From: Hyphochytrium catenoides
Lineage: Eukaryota > Protista > Hyphochytriomycota
Direction: 5' to 3'
Assembly (NCBI GenBank): GCA_900088475.1
Contig: FLMG01000265.1
Span: 62,001 to 126,000, forward strand
Length of the DNA stretch: 64,000 nucleotides
Part shown: positions 51,002 through 62,661 of the stretch, one piece after another
Position numbering within the stretch: the stretch's first letter is position 1
Layout of the letters: each line of letters starts with the position of its first letter
Position numbers and translations under genes: made by a program
The notes under the pieces: generated by a model
What the model saw: only the letters and a program-made list of their open reading frames with translations
Database searches by the model: none
What the model was told of the DNA's origin: nothing

Positions 51002-54000
51002 CTTTAGGTGTGTCTTCAGTATGAGACTAATGCCTTATGCTGCTGGCTTTGGCGGTGCATTGCACCTGTATGAATGATCTGAAGCCGCTGCCGTCGGCAT
51101 CGGTGCTCTTGGAGTGTCAGAAGTCAGAGCATAAGGCCCCTCAATACCGCCATCTTTCCGGAGACATTTATTTCTCTCAGAGCCCACTCGCAATAATGTT
51201 CCATTATCACTTTCTAATCCAGAGCTTTATTATTAGCAGTACGCACTTGTATAACATAGGAACTAGCTCTCTTCCATGAGCCTTAGCTCCGTGATACAGA
51301 GCTGGAACTTGTGAACAGAAGCTGCCGACATAAGTTGATGGCGGTTCCACCCGACATAAGCTGCCGCCACGATCAGGAGCTGTGGCGCATCTTCGCAATG
51401 GAATTTCTTTCACTTCGTCGCACTGTCCCAGCTGCAAGCATCAAACCTACATAACCACCCCCAATGGTTGTATGTGTGCACAGCCTAGAGAGGTAGCCGT
51501 TACAGCTTTCTCTCTTCATTAGTATCTGCTCAGCTAGCCGGTGACGAGCGCTGGTACCTGTACATGCTAACAGCGGTGTACAAGTTGCAGCCCACCCACC
51601 GACAGGTCGTAAGATAAAGTTTCGAAAGCGCCAGCAGGGCCACAGCTCCGCCAGCCTTCAGCAAATATTTGCCGCCCAACTTTAGAGAACTTTCCGCCCC
51701 TCTGTGTACCTTGGCGTTTCTACTCTGCTCCTCTTCTTCTTCCCTCCTGCTCCTTGTACCTTGCAGCTGTCTACTCGGTACAAACAGCCCTTTTATAAAG
51801 TAGAGCACGTGGGTGGTAGTACCAATATAAATAAGGGTCAAATCATCAGATGGGAATGGACCAGGGCGACAATATCAGGCAAATCTCCTTCTTATGCCAG
51901 AAAAGTATCCATAGAACTACTGTAGGACTATTTATAAAGTGGAATAGATACCATCGAATGCGGAGTGATAGCTTTTATTACGGTAAATACTGTAGTTCTA
52001 CATTCTTGTTCAAACCTCCAGCCTGTAGTACCTTCGTCTTGTCTTCTGGCTGGGGGAGTAATAGCGGATAAAATTGGGACAAGTTATGGATGCATCCCTC
52101 GTTGTAGAGAAGCTGTTCTGAGAGTGACACTGCCATTGAGGCAGAGTGAAGAGAGACAACAATCTTACAAAGCTTGCATGATAGGTTCTTAGTCAGTACA
52201 CTCAGCTCTTCTTCTAGCGCCTTGTTCATCCATCGTGGTGTAGCTTCTGTTGTTTCCCAAGCTTTGTTTGCATTTCGAAGCTCATGGAGAGGTGTGCTGT
52301 TGATGTCCTACGTCTGACTCTAAAGCTCTCTGGGAAGAGTGCAACGAAACTTGCAGTCCAACCCGACCGTCGTAAGACAAGGAGGGAAAGAGGTCGAGTG
52401 ACAGAGGGTAGCGGTCTCAGCTCTACAGTCGGCGACGGGAGGTAGATGCGGTGATGATCATCCACTTTTATTGCAATCTGAACTAGCCACCACTTTCTTC
52501 TACTCTCTTTTGCATCTAAAACCTACGTGGCATGGTTCTAGGCAACCCTGTTTTGAAAAGCAATGGTACCATCCAGTCCTTGACATCGTCTCCGCGCTAG
52601 CACTCTCCTGCTATTCCGCACTAGCAGCACGAACTTGAAGCCAGGACCTCCTTAATTATGAGGTCATTACCCTCTCCCTCTTCCCCATCATCACAACGTG
52701 CTAGTAGACTTTCAAAAAAGAGAGCAGCAGAACAATCTCTCGTCCTGCGTGTTCTTCTTTGGAGTTGTGGTTATTTATTCCAAGCTCTGGTAGTGTGCCC
52801 TACGAGGTACCTACATCAAAATGACAAGTGCGGTGGTGTATGCGTACTTGGTGATGATGCTCTCTTATTGTAGATAAAGTCAACATCGCTCCCATTCCAT
52901 TAAATTGTACTGGTCGTCCGTTGTTATCTAAATGGGCTGACCGGTCGTCAGAGAGAAGGGACGCGCTCTACTCTTTCCTCACTCGGCTCAGCTCTTTTTA
53001 CCTCTCCCATGTGTGAGATTAATTTCGAGAGAAGTTGGCAGGGCGCCCGACCAGTGGTGCGAGCACTAAGTGTGCCACCTAGAAAGCAGACTAATGGATC
53101 GTCAGAACAAGACGCGGAGGCACGAGAGCCTCACAGGCAATGTGATGCCAAAAGCTGGGTGGATATGAACTGGAGGAGTCGTCTGAGTAGATGAATTGGA
53201 GTCTCCTGCAGATTGCGTCAAGCCAAGCAGATTGGATTGCTTTCTAGCCACTGGAAGTAGCACTAGATAGCAGTGGCGCGAGGACTGGTGTGCTAGAAAA
53301 GTGGGTGAGCAAGAAACAGCTGAGTGGACGGATTGGAATCATCCGCAGATTGCTTGCGCCAAATCAAGCTATTTAGTGCATGCTAGTAAGACCCTTCTAC
53401 ACGCTTCTTCGGCAAACCAAAGGATGGGCTGGTCAAGTGCAAGTGTCAGGGAGACTAGAGTTAGTTGATACTTCTATTCTCACAAGGTACTTTCGGATGT
53501 CAATTCATTGCAACTGGAGAGATAATACTTTGCAGAGTCGTACGGTGGACCAGGAGTCAAAGGCTTGGATATCGGAAGTACAGCTGGCGATGAGTTCCAC
53601 CTTTCTCACACAAAGCTAGGCACCAGGATCTATTATAAAAGCTATGGGAGCTATCACGACCGATTGCAAGAGTCAACTCGTCGAAGGACGAGCCACATCT
53701 CCCTCTCTCATTATCTTTCGCCAGGGAATTAGCAGTAGGCTCATCGGCCACCACCAGTTTGAAAGTGGGTGTGGACGGTATCGTCTTGAAGGTTCAGCAA
53801 TAATGCAGCCAATCGTTAGAAGATCTACATCTTCTTGGGTTCACCCGCTGGATTAATTTCAATTGTAGTCTTTGAAGAGGAACGCACCCTTTCACGTGGC
53901 TTGAAGCATCGTGAACCACCAAAGTCTGTCGTCCAATGGCCCTGGTGATGATCTGCATCATGTAGGGATCATTTCTTGTTCTTTTCAGTCCTCCTACAAA

Positions 54001-56700
54001 GCCTCTCCTCGACTGGCCAGCAACACCCCATTTGAGAGCAGGCAGACACGCAGGCAGGATCGGAAGGTTTTATAATGAAGATCGGCAGTACGTGCTGCGA
54101 GGCATCATCTTGTCATCGCTGGCGCCATCCGTGCTGGTATCGTCTTTGCGTGGCCGACAGCGCTTCAAGAAAGTGATCAAGATTTAGCAACGGGTATGAA
54201 CGACGGACGTGCTGATGACTGGTGACTCGAAGTGGTACTTAGTGTTGCCTCGAGGAAGAGACTGAAGCAGCCAGTGAAAGGCTTTTAGACGACCCATTGT
54301 TAAGGACCTTGAGAGCAACCTCCTAGAAGTCAAGAAGTCGACTGGGAAGGAAGGAAGCTAGCAGTGGTGGGCGGCAATGACTCCTAGTGCAAGCAGTTCC
54401 TTCAGTGGCCCGGACGCAAAGAGCGTGTGCCTTATGATAGAGAGTAGTACCTAATTGAGTGGTCATCAAGCCCCAGCCTCTAGTTCTACCCGATCCACGT
54501 GTCGAGCTTTATTCAATCGAAAAGTGTGATAATACCTACCACCAGGTCATTGGTACACAGCTCCACAAGATGTTCGAAGTTCCAGGTTGAGCATAGCTCA
54601 CTCTGACGCCTGCCTGCCTTTTCCCTGGACCCCTCACAGACGCCAGTGCTTGAGTCATTGACCTATGCTTCTTGGCTCCTTGTAAAGTCACGAGTTCTCA
54701 AAGGGAATGGTCACGAATCGCCGTACTGAAACGCAAAAAGCCTTCTCTGCCTCCCGATTGCTCGGCTGGCTGGCGGCATTCACAAGGATTTGCCGGGGGT
54801 CAGTATGCAAATAGGTGAAGAAGATAGTGCTTCTGAATGCTGGACTCCTCCTACCCTTCTTTGGTACTGATTATGACGACGTGAGAGCACATAAGACCTT
54901 ACACTTCAGGGTTGCCTGAGGCGTCATCCCTACAATCAAAGGAACCTGGTCAAAGCAGCTCTCTGAAACCTTCACTGCGGGGGTTCGGTTCAGACATTCC
55001 TCGCAGAAGTGAAGGTATGGGGAATAGACTGGCTCCATACAGCCAGACAGGGCTCCTCAAACCCTAATGCATCTTCTGCACCGTAGGATAGATAGCTCTC
55101 GTAGGGCTAAAGTGAGATTTATAATAAATAGCCAACCAGTGCTGCATGAGGATTTTGAACCGGTTCTGAGATGCTGATGGGGCAACGAGGGAGAGAGAGA
55201 GCCAGAATCCAGGTAGAAACTATGGCAGACCGCCTCCTCCAGCTATACACACCTGCTCTCTCTTGGTCTCTTGGTGCTCTACGAGAACATCGCTCTTCAA
55301 ACAAAGAGCAAGTCAACATATGATGACACGCGGTTCTTATGGGTCTGCCACAATTCCCTGGTGCACCCGCCCTGCAGTCACGCCAGAGGATATGTCGCCC
55401 CTTTGTGACACTTTTACACGATGATGACCAAGCATTTTCCCTAATAAATCTGCCGCCTACAACCTCATACTCATTTTGCTTTGAATAGTTACGAAAGTAT
55501 GGTCTGCTCTATCAGTAAGAGTAATGGTATGGAGTACAGTAGCAGAATTGGGTCTTACAGCGGTACTTTTTGGAGCGGCTGGTCATCCAATAACAAGCAC
55601 CTCGCAAATCAAGGAAAGCTAGATCACAAGGATAGGAATAAGACTAAGGTCTTTTAAAAAACACTAGGGGGTTAAGGATAAAGTTATCTTAGGCCGACTT
55701 TGGTTTGTTCTATCCAAAGTCATGGTTAAAAGGGATTGAGAAATGTGATTTTGCAACCTGAACTGTCTCCACCAGCTAATAATAATGAGAACAAATACTA
55801 TTATTGGCCCATCGGATTAGAACGCTAGCATTACAAAATATGAACCAAGACAAGCGGGGCTTCTGCTTCAGAAGTGGTAAAGCGTATATATACAGTGTTC
55901 AATCTATGGCTTCCTGCATCATGGTTCTGCCAGTGGTATCACCTGAAACCTTTCAGTACACGGAAACAATCGATACCTTCAGCTAATAGCCACTACCAGG
56001 TAGCCCTTTGCCTCTCTATTGAAACAATTCTCCCTCCGCCCATCTTTGGCTAAGAATAGAAACCGAGCCGTTTCTGCTTCCCTTTCCACTTTCCCTTCGG
56101 TAAATAGACCAGGAGCCACGCTCAGTCGTCAGTCCGCGCGCCAGCACAGCGCAAGATAAAGGACAGTATCTAGGCGTTGTCATCCATCCTCTAGCCTCAC
56201 TCTCTTTTGTCTCTTCCGTGCCTCCCTCCTCCGTACATATCGATCACGCTTAGAACGATGTCAGTTTCTTGACGCTTCTGGTGCCACATGAGACAGGATA
56301 GGATGACCATGGCCATAGAAAGGCAGATGATGTGCAGATATGTGATTGCCCATCCCTTCCTCCAGTCGCATAGCATCCTCCCCTTTGTTTGGCTACCACC
56401 AAATTCTTGTGTATCACTAAGAAATGTAGATGCTTGGAAGATGGTATAGATCCCAGCACTACTTCTACCTGCTGTTGGAGGAGCTGTCGGAGGGCAAGCA
56501 ACTTCCTAAGCTACAGTAGGAAGTCCAACCTATAGCAAAAAGGTGTGTCAGAAATCTGTGATACTGCTGTCCTAAGAAGATGCAGGCAGATAGGGAGAGA
56601 CTTCTGCCTGTCTCTTCTCGTTCCTCTCATAGGGAACGAAGACAGCAGCACAAGATCTTTTACATGTATCAAGAAGGCAATAGACCATGAGCTTGAGTCA

Positions 56701-56716
56701 TCTCATTCCTCAATTT
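56701..56716 (+). promoter_or_regulatory. Oomycete-type Inr+FPR core promoter element
   Basis: tCTCATTCCTCAATTT matches the known oomycete consensus GCTCATTYYNCAWTTT at 15/16 positions, 107 nt upstream of ATG 56808. Confidence 0.7.
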
Positions 56717-56807
56717 GCAGCTTCGAGCCCAACTCACTACTACCTGGTGCTGCCAGAGACATCATCCTTCGAAACCTCTTACTTTTGCTCCCTATCTACA
56801 GAGCAAA

Positions 56808-57791
56808 ATGAAGACCTTTGGAATCTCTGTTGTGGCGCTTGCTTCTGCTCTGCTAGTGGCCCCATCCACAGCCGCCAAGCCTGAAGCATGTACTAAGAGC
56901 TGTTCTCGTTGGGGCGTCAGCTCAGACTGCAAGGACAACTGCCCGCCATGTAGGACCAAGGCTCCATCTGGGGCAACTGAATATCAGTGCTGGGACTATG
57001 AGTTTGGTACCAACAAATGCCCACCTTGGAGCGATATCATTGACTGTGGAGCCCCGGAAGCGGGTGCTACCGAATCGAATGCGAAGTCTGCACCAGACTT
57101 TGTTGCTTTGAATGTTGAGTCATCTGCCAATGATGACAAGCCTGTCGTCACCCCCGCTCCCCCTGCGCCAAGTCCAAGTCCTGCTGGGGATGCGTCTCCT
57201 TCTTACTTCTCCACCTTCGAGAGCGCAGCGGGGCGCAGTGGACTCACTGTAATCAACAACTGTGGGGACGATTTCACTGTAATGATGGACAACAAGCCTG
57301 TACCACAGCACTGTCTCAACGGACAGTTCTGCAATGATTACTATGGCAATAACCCAGCCTTTTATGTTCGCCGTTCCGGTGACCATATTGAACTCGGTAG
57401 GACGTTAGTGGAGCTCAATATTCCCCATGGCCAGCGCGTTTGGTATGATATCAGCAAGATCACTGGCTTCAACGTTGGCGCAGAGGTGAAGTACGTCAGC
57501 GGTTCAGAGGAGAGGCATCACATTGTATGTAACACTGTCAACTGTGCGGATGCATACTGGCTGTGCGATATTGCGGTGGACAACAAGTTCCATCCTGTTT
57601 ATGATGGTCCTGCGGGAGGTGCGTTTGTCGTCAGCTTCTGCCCAAGGCGCCCTGATTCTATTCCTGACACCAAGAAGGGGGTCGAACGCTTCCAGAGTGA
57701 CCCAAGCCAGGCTCCTTTCACCTGCCGCGTGAAGCTGTTCAAGAAGGACCTCTCTCTGCCAGGGACCATTGTGGACGGAGGGGCCATATAA
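56808..57791 (+). CDS. Secreted small thaumatin-like protein with N-terminal 8-Cys module and Pro/Ser linker, intronless
   Basis: Signal peptide MKTFGISVVALASALLVAPSTA. Thaumatin-type motifs LTVINNC, TLVEL...VWYDISKITGFNV, C..VNCADAY, FVVSFCP. Linker PAPPAPSPSP. Confidence 0.78.
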   Translation: MKTFGISVVALASALLVAPSTAAKPEACTKSCSRWGVSSDCKDNCPPCRTKAPSGATEYQCWDYEFGTNKCPPWSDIIDCGAPEAGATESNAKSAPDFVALNVESSANDDKPVVTPAPPAPSPSPAGDASPSYFSTFESAAGRSGLTVINNCGDDFTVMMDNKPVPQHCLNGQFCNDYYGNNPAFYVRRSGDHIELGRTLVELNIPHGQRVWYDISKITGFNVGAEVKYVSGSEERHHIVCNTVNCADAYWLCDIAVDNKFHPVYDGPAGGAFVVSFCPRRPDSIPDTKKGVERFQSDPSQAPFTCRVKLFKKDLSLPGTIVDGGAI

Positions 57792-59779
57792 GTTGAGATT
57801 TACTCCCCGTGGTCTCTCTATTTAACTGTCTTTCCTCCACCACTGTCATTGGTGCAATCATGTGCTCATGAACAGCTGATCATTCAAGTTATTGCTATTT
57901 AACGACCATAATCGAAGAGTTCAATGAAACCCATTAATATATGCTGCATGATCTAGATGATCAGACCAAGAGTACTTCTCAGCTATTATTGACGCAACTT
58001 GTAATTGCCTCGACTGTGCCAAGAACCAAGTCCTAGAACAAGTCGTTGTGGACTCTAAAGGAAAGTTCAGAAGTGCGATAGGAGATAACAAGCGTCAATA
58101 TATTGGTGGTTTACAAGGGGACGTATTGGTTCTATCACTTCTACTAGGCAGCCAAGTAGAGAAAAGCGAAGCAGTACAATGGCGGTGGGATGATCTGACA
58201 ATACTCTAGCTATTCGAACGGACTTTCTTTTCTTCTTCCCTTCTGCTCTTTCTGCATTCTTCCTGCTTTCCTTTGGCCTTGCTTACCTTCTTATTTTATT
58301 GTCTTTCATCTGCTTTTACGTGATGTACTGAAGGGGATTGCTTCTCATCACTTGAGAAGATTTCATGAGCAGCATAAGGCTGGCCCCATGTCAGCCTGGC
58401 CAGCCGCTTCACAAATACACCCACTAGTGTCTTGCCACACTATAACTGGACTTCTTCTCATACATGATGCAACACTTCCCCCTCTATCATCTGTATATCT
58501 GTTTCGCAGTAGTTCTAACGGTCTCCCTATATATATAAAAAGCAACCAGACTACTACGACAGCACGCTTAGAAGGGGGAGGAAAGGAAGAAGAAGAAGAG
58601 GAAGAAATGAGCGACGAAGACGGAAGAAGGAAGAAGGAGAAGAGACAACAAGAGCTTGGAGAACTTAGAGGCCCTGGTCTCTTCGCTCTCTTGTTTTTTC
58701 TCGAACGTCTGTATTCCTTTCCGCTTTTGCTCGAGCCCTTCTCATTGTTCTACAGTAGGAAGTAGGAGGTGGTCAGCCTAACGATGGCCGGTCTGAGGTC
58801 CGTCATTTTTCAGCGAACATAGTAGATTAGACAGAGCGGCCATAACGAGGGCAATCAAAGGCACCTCGTACTCCTCTTATATAAGCCTGAACGGGCTCAT
58901 AGTAGTTCTAGGAGTTCTACTTTACATTCCATTGTACGTTGTAGAAGATGACGTTGAAGAAGAAGATGATAAGATGATGACCTTTTGACGGCCCTGAATA
59001 AGAAACTGACTCTTGTAAACTCCATCTACCATCAAATGTGTCAGGGAAAACAGGTATAACCCAAAAGAATCACCCTAACTGCCCACGCCCTTGGTGGGTT
59101 GACAATCATCTGGGTTTCAGGTATGCCTCTAATGACTGTGGGATAAAACTTTCAAAGGACTACCGCGTTGTCCAAAGGTTATACACAACAAAAATAGTAA
59201 ACTCATCCAAGACCTCTATAAATAAAGCCGTTTGCCTGTACTCTACAACGGAGTTTGATGTTACAACAAAAGAACAAGGGATGTCATTTAGAACCATGGG
59301 CCAAGGGTAACTGTGAAAACACCCTGTGCTCCATCGAAACCATACTGGGCCATGTGCTTCTGGTTGAAAAAAGAGAATCTATCTCCAAGTGGTAAGAACT
59401 TTTGGGCAGTAATAATAGTATGCGTCACCTGTCAGGGTGTCCACTTTTGCTTGAGATTCACATTATTGGATAGACCGTAGAACTATCATAGTTCTAGGAG
59501 ACTTTGCTCTTCTAGCTTGCCTGTTACCGCTAGAAACACATGCGATACTTACGGTTCTTGTTGGGCTGTGAGAGAGATATGGTTCAAGAATGTGGCCTCG
59601 CTGGCAGCTTTTCAGCTTCAACTAGTCATGCTTTCTTTCGGATACCTGCCGCTGCCACCTTCTCTGTATGAGAATGTCTGCGGCGCTTCCATTAGGCTCA
59701 TTGTTCCTTCTCCTCCCAGGTTCGCAGACCATCTCTTTCCTACGCCGTTGGCCGTGGGTGTACCTTTCGAGCCTCCATC

Positions 59780-61306
59780 ATGAAGCTCGCGCTAGCCCTC
59801 CTCTGTACGAGCTGGATTCTTGCTACACTTTGCTTGGCAGTTGAGGGCGAGACAGCCTCGCTTCATGACTTCTCCCGTAGACTGCTGAGATCTCTCAGCG
59901 ACGGTTCTTCAAAGTACAGCATCTCTCTCACAGCGCCGCTCATCAAGAACTTGTTGGCAGCCGGATACGATTCCCTGACGATCAGACAGAGTTGTCGCCA
60001 TCCTTTTAGCTACTCGCACAACGAAGGGTCAATAAAGTTACAGTTGGACGCCAATAGTCATGCTGTAGATCTCGTTGTTCACGAAGTCGTCGCTGACCGC
60101 TGCAAGAAATGGCTCTCAATTAAGCAGGGTTATGTTTCATCATATGAAATTCTAATGACCGGTTCGAATAACCTTCGGCTATCATGTGTGAAGGACATTG
60201 CAGATAACCTTCCATCCGACGCTGCTTCCGTGCAAGCTGCGTACACCTTGCGAAAGTGTCAGAGCTTCCCGAGCCCGGTGGATGCAACGGCATTTTGCTC
60301 CACGACTGCACCATCTTTGGACGGCGTCGACATTGCAAAGTTCTCACCCCAAATTCGTATCCATCCGAAAGATGAGTACTTACCATCGGACTTCGAATAT
60401 GGCATGGAAGAAGCCCAGCTATGTAATGGAGGCTCTTGCATACCAGCTACAGAGGAGAATTGGGCTAAGGTCAAGGGCGCTAAAGGATGGACTCTTCAAA
60501 AACCTGAGAAGTACTTCAAGGGACTCCCTCTTGGAGAAGGTCAACGTGTCAACGCTCCGATGTATGTGAATGTTCGGCATGCGGACAACCCCAACCTGCC
60601 TTTCGTAGATATCCAATACTGGTTCTACTTTCCTTACAACGGCTGCTCCAACATGCAGATTGGATTCCAGGAAAACCTCAATTTGAAGCATCGTAAGTTG
60701 CCGTTGCGCTGGTGTAACTGGGGGGTTCATGAGGGAGACTGGGAACACGTGGCTGTAAAGGTCTGTAAGGACAACCAGAGAGTTCACAGCGTCTTCTACG
60801 CCAAGCACTCTGAGCATAGCGTTTCTAACTGTGCAGCCGGCGAGTGCCGCTTCGCAGAGGATACGCATATCGTAGGTTATTCGGCGCTCGATACGCACGC
60901 AACCTATCCGGCTGCTGGCGTCCAGCTTCGTCAAGAACTACCGAAGGCAATTCTTACGACTAATGCTGCCACACTGCTGTGCGGGGTCATGGACTCCATT
61001 CACTTGACGGATCTAACTGAGGACAATGGCCCTCTTTGGGAGCCATGGAAGAGAAGTGGCGGGCTAATACAAATTGGCGGCGATTCCCCTCTCACGTACT
61101 TTGATGGAGCTTGGGGAAAAGACGTAACCAAGAAAGTGGTGAACAATCCTGAAGGTCTGAGTGATAAGCTGCCATGCAATGTTGCTGGTGTTCTTGGAGC
61201 AGGAGCAAAAGCCATTGCTGGTGCAACAGACCTTCTAGATCAATATCTTTTAAATGGGGCGCCTCAAACGCCGATGTTCCAGGGTTGGTGGAACTTGGAC
61301 TTCTAG
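59780..61306 (+). CDS. Secreted Vps62-domain protein (508 aa), intronless, with RxLR-type motif after the signal peptide
   Basis: Signal peptide MKLALALLCTSWILATLCLA. Vps62-family motifs KFSPQIRIHPKDEYLPS, VDIQYWFYFPYNG, GVHEGDWEHV, VFYAKH, GYSALDTHATYP, F.G.WG. RLLR at residues 34-37. Confidence 0.82.
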   Translation: MKLALALLCTSWILATLCLAVEGETASLHDFSRRLLRSLSDGSSKYSISLTAPLIKNLLAAGYDSLTIRQSCRHPFSYSHNEGSIKLQLDANSHAVDLVVHEVVADRCKKWLSIKQGYVSSYEILMTGSNNLRLSCVKDIADNLPSDAASVQAAYTLRKCQSFPSPVDATAFCSTTAPSLDGVDIAKFSPQIRIHPKDEYLPSDFEYGMEEAQLCNGGSCIPATEENWAKVKGAKGWTLQKPEKYFKGLPLGEGQRVNAPMYVNVRHADNPNLPFVDIQYWFYFPYNGCSNMQIGFQENLNLKHRKLPLRWCNWGVHEGDWEHVAVKVCKDNQRVHSVFYAKHSEHSVSNCAAGECRFAEDTHIVGYSALDTHATYPAAGVQLRQELPKAILTTNAATLLCGVMDSIHLTDLTEDNGPLWEPWKRSGGLIQIGGDSPLTYFDGAWGKDVTKKVVNNPEGLSDKLPCNVAGVLGAGAKAIAGATDLLDQYLLNGAPQTPMFQGWWNLDF

Positions 61307-62661
61307 GAGTCCGTCAATTTTTGAGCATGTTGGGTTAGATGTGCGTCTTTGTGTCGTTAATGTAAGGCACTGTCGTGCTGAGGCGTACCTAGTGGCGCCG
61401 CGAAAAGTGGCATTCTGTTAGCGACATCATGCAGCACGCAACTCTTTTCATCCTCGTTTGGGGTTCGCTCTTTTTTTTTATAATAAAAACAAAAGGAAAG
61501 ATTTGGATGATGAGGATCAGAAGTGTTTTTTGTCAAAAGTAATATTGACCTTTCGTCTATGTATGAGAATTCATTCTTACAATCATCAGTACTCTCATTG
61601 GCCTTATATATGAAGGATCAAGCTCTTCTTTTGCTTGTAGGATCGGCACCATTTGCAAGCATGACCAGCTTCCCCCGTCGTCGAGGTTTAGATTTTTAGT
61701 TGTTATTTTTACGTCCGTTTCCCATTGCATGATGATGCGACAGTGAAGGAGTTGCTGCTCTATTGATGATACCTCGCTGCAATGAAGCCTTGTCACCTGG
61801 GGCTGCTGTCCCGCCTGCATCTTCATTGAATACGGGCGTTAGGAGCAATTTCTCTTCCTAGTGAACCGACCATCAGAATCGCAGCAGGTGGCAGCTGGAA
61901 TAAGGCCAAGGCAGATACAACAGGTTAAGGGAAAAAGTCACACACTCAGTAGCCCTATCGGCAGAAAGCCGCGGGCTCCCAATAAGATGTTGTCCGGTCC
62001 TGCTAGATTCTGTCAACTGCCATCGATGTTATCGCTGGAGCAATGAAGAGGCGAAGGTTCCAATGTCAGTAAACTCCACCACCTTACTAATTTTATTTTT
62101 GTTATAAACGGTCTCAGACAAGGGTGATCAGAAAACGCACTTACATCGCAAGTGGTAATATCAAGCCTGTAACCCTACAGTTAGGCCTACCTGGAACCAA
62201 CACCGTAGTAATAAGTGAGAAGGAAACAATGCATCTGGTCAGCTTGAGCTCCACGAGCTCCATTGCCTTTCTCTTCCTCCTCGAAGCATTACACTCGGCC
62301 TCCAACCTTGACTTCTTCCTCTTGACATTGAATGACCAATGACCTTGTCACCTGGTGGAAAGTAGGAACCGCAGTCGTTGCCAAGAATCAGTACCAATTC
62401 TTCACTCCTTCAACAGGGACTAGCCAGCAGCGAGCACCACGAGTCAGCAAGACGCCGAGGCAGAGGCAGGCTATCTCTTGGGAAAGGCCAGGGCCAATGG
62501 AGATGGTGCGATTGCCCTGTGGTTGATTAGTGAGCGTTGCATATAGATCGACAATGGTATTGGTCCTAGTGTTTCGAGCTCTGTCGGAGTTGGAGGAGGA
62601 TTGGACTCGTTTGATTTGCACGGTTGCCAGCACCGTCATCGTCCTATACTTTCTTATCAAT

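Noticed and set aside
51002-56700. Many 60-100 aa ORFs here and at 40.5-42.9 kb
   Set aside because: Lengths consistent with chance, with no motifs or coherent exon chain; hidden divergent genes cannot be excluded without RNA-seq.
58220-58760. Alternating pyrimidine and purine tracts, TATA-like tatatataaaa, and a 137-aa ORF
   Set aside because: Low-complexity sequence with a non-ATG ORF start and no specific pairing or family signal.
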